Source: Bacteroidota bacterium
GTDB taxonomy: Bacteria > Bacteroidota > Bacteroidia > Flavobacteriales > Schleiferiaceae
DNA length: 64,000 nucleotides
Direction: 5' to 3'
Assembly: GCA_024742495.1 (NCBI GenBank)
Contig: JANSYJ010000012.1
Span: 10,021-74,020, forward strand
Part shown: positions 63,969 to 64,000 of the stretch, one piece after another
How positions within the stretch are numbered: the stretch's first letter is position 1
Layout of the letters: each line of letters begins with the position of its first letter
Position numbers and translations under genes: made by a program
Notes under the pieces: generated by a model
The model's database searches: none
Seen by the model: the letters and a program-made list of their open reading frames with translations, nothing else
Told to the model about the DNA's origin: nothing

Positions 63969-64000
63969 TATTGCAATATTTAGATTATTTATTCTAAGCT

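Overview
This is a chromosomal window from a Bacteroidota genome that looks Flavobacteriia-like. It carries the porU, porP/sprF-family and gldJ gliding/T9SS genes and several proteins with T9SS C-terminal sorting domains. TTG/GTG starts and ATGA/TAATG gene overlaps are frequent. The left third is ordinary housekeeping and accessory metabolism: murF, a two-component pair, an acyl-CoA dehydrogenase, anmK, an amino-acid dehydrogenase, nhaD and exbB-exbD-tonB-folC. Three regions stand out. (1) 29.6-33.0 kb is a visibly AT-richer defence-island remnant. It holds an AbiEi/AbiEii type IV TA pair with a double inverted-repeat operator, then a type I R-M hsdM gene cut off after about 55 codons at a perfect 32-nt palindrome, then orphan ORFs. 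(2) 33.1-48.0 kb is the most interesting locus. A divergent XRE regulator faces a tightly packed 10-11 gene operon. The operon joins a YjfI/YbjN-like protein, PspA/IM30 (bacterial ESCRT-III superfamily), a YqiJ/NfeD-like protein, a 724-aa flotillin and a 1642-aa protein with a single C-terminal AAA+ module. It continues with a DUF4178-like protein, a YjfM-like lipoprotein, a 4x DUF350 membrane protein, a membrane-anchored spermidine-synthase-like enzyme and a pyruvoyl AdoMet decarboxylase. (3) At 48.1-48.7 kb sits tRNA-Val(UAC). Its last 16 nt plus its terminator are reiterated as a roughly 3.2-copy, 172-bp tandem array, in which the first nt of hairpin 2's loop differs in every copy and hairpin 1's only change is a loop nt, while all stems are invariant. 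I saw no transposase, integrase, rRNA or CRISPR array. A >1214-codon porU gene at the left edge is absent from the supplied ORF track because it runs off the window. All family assignments come from motif recognition by eye, with no searches run.
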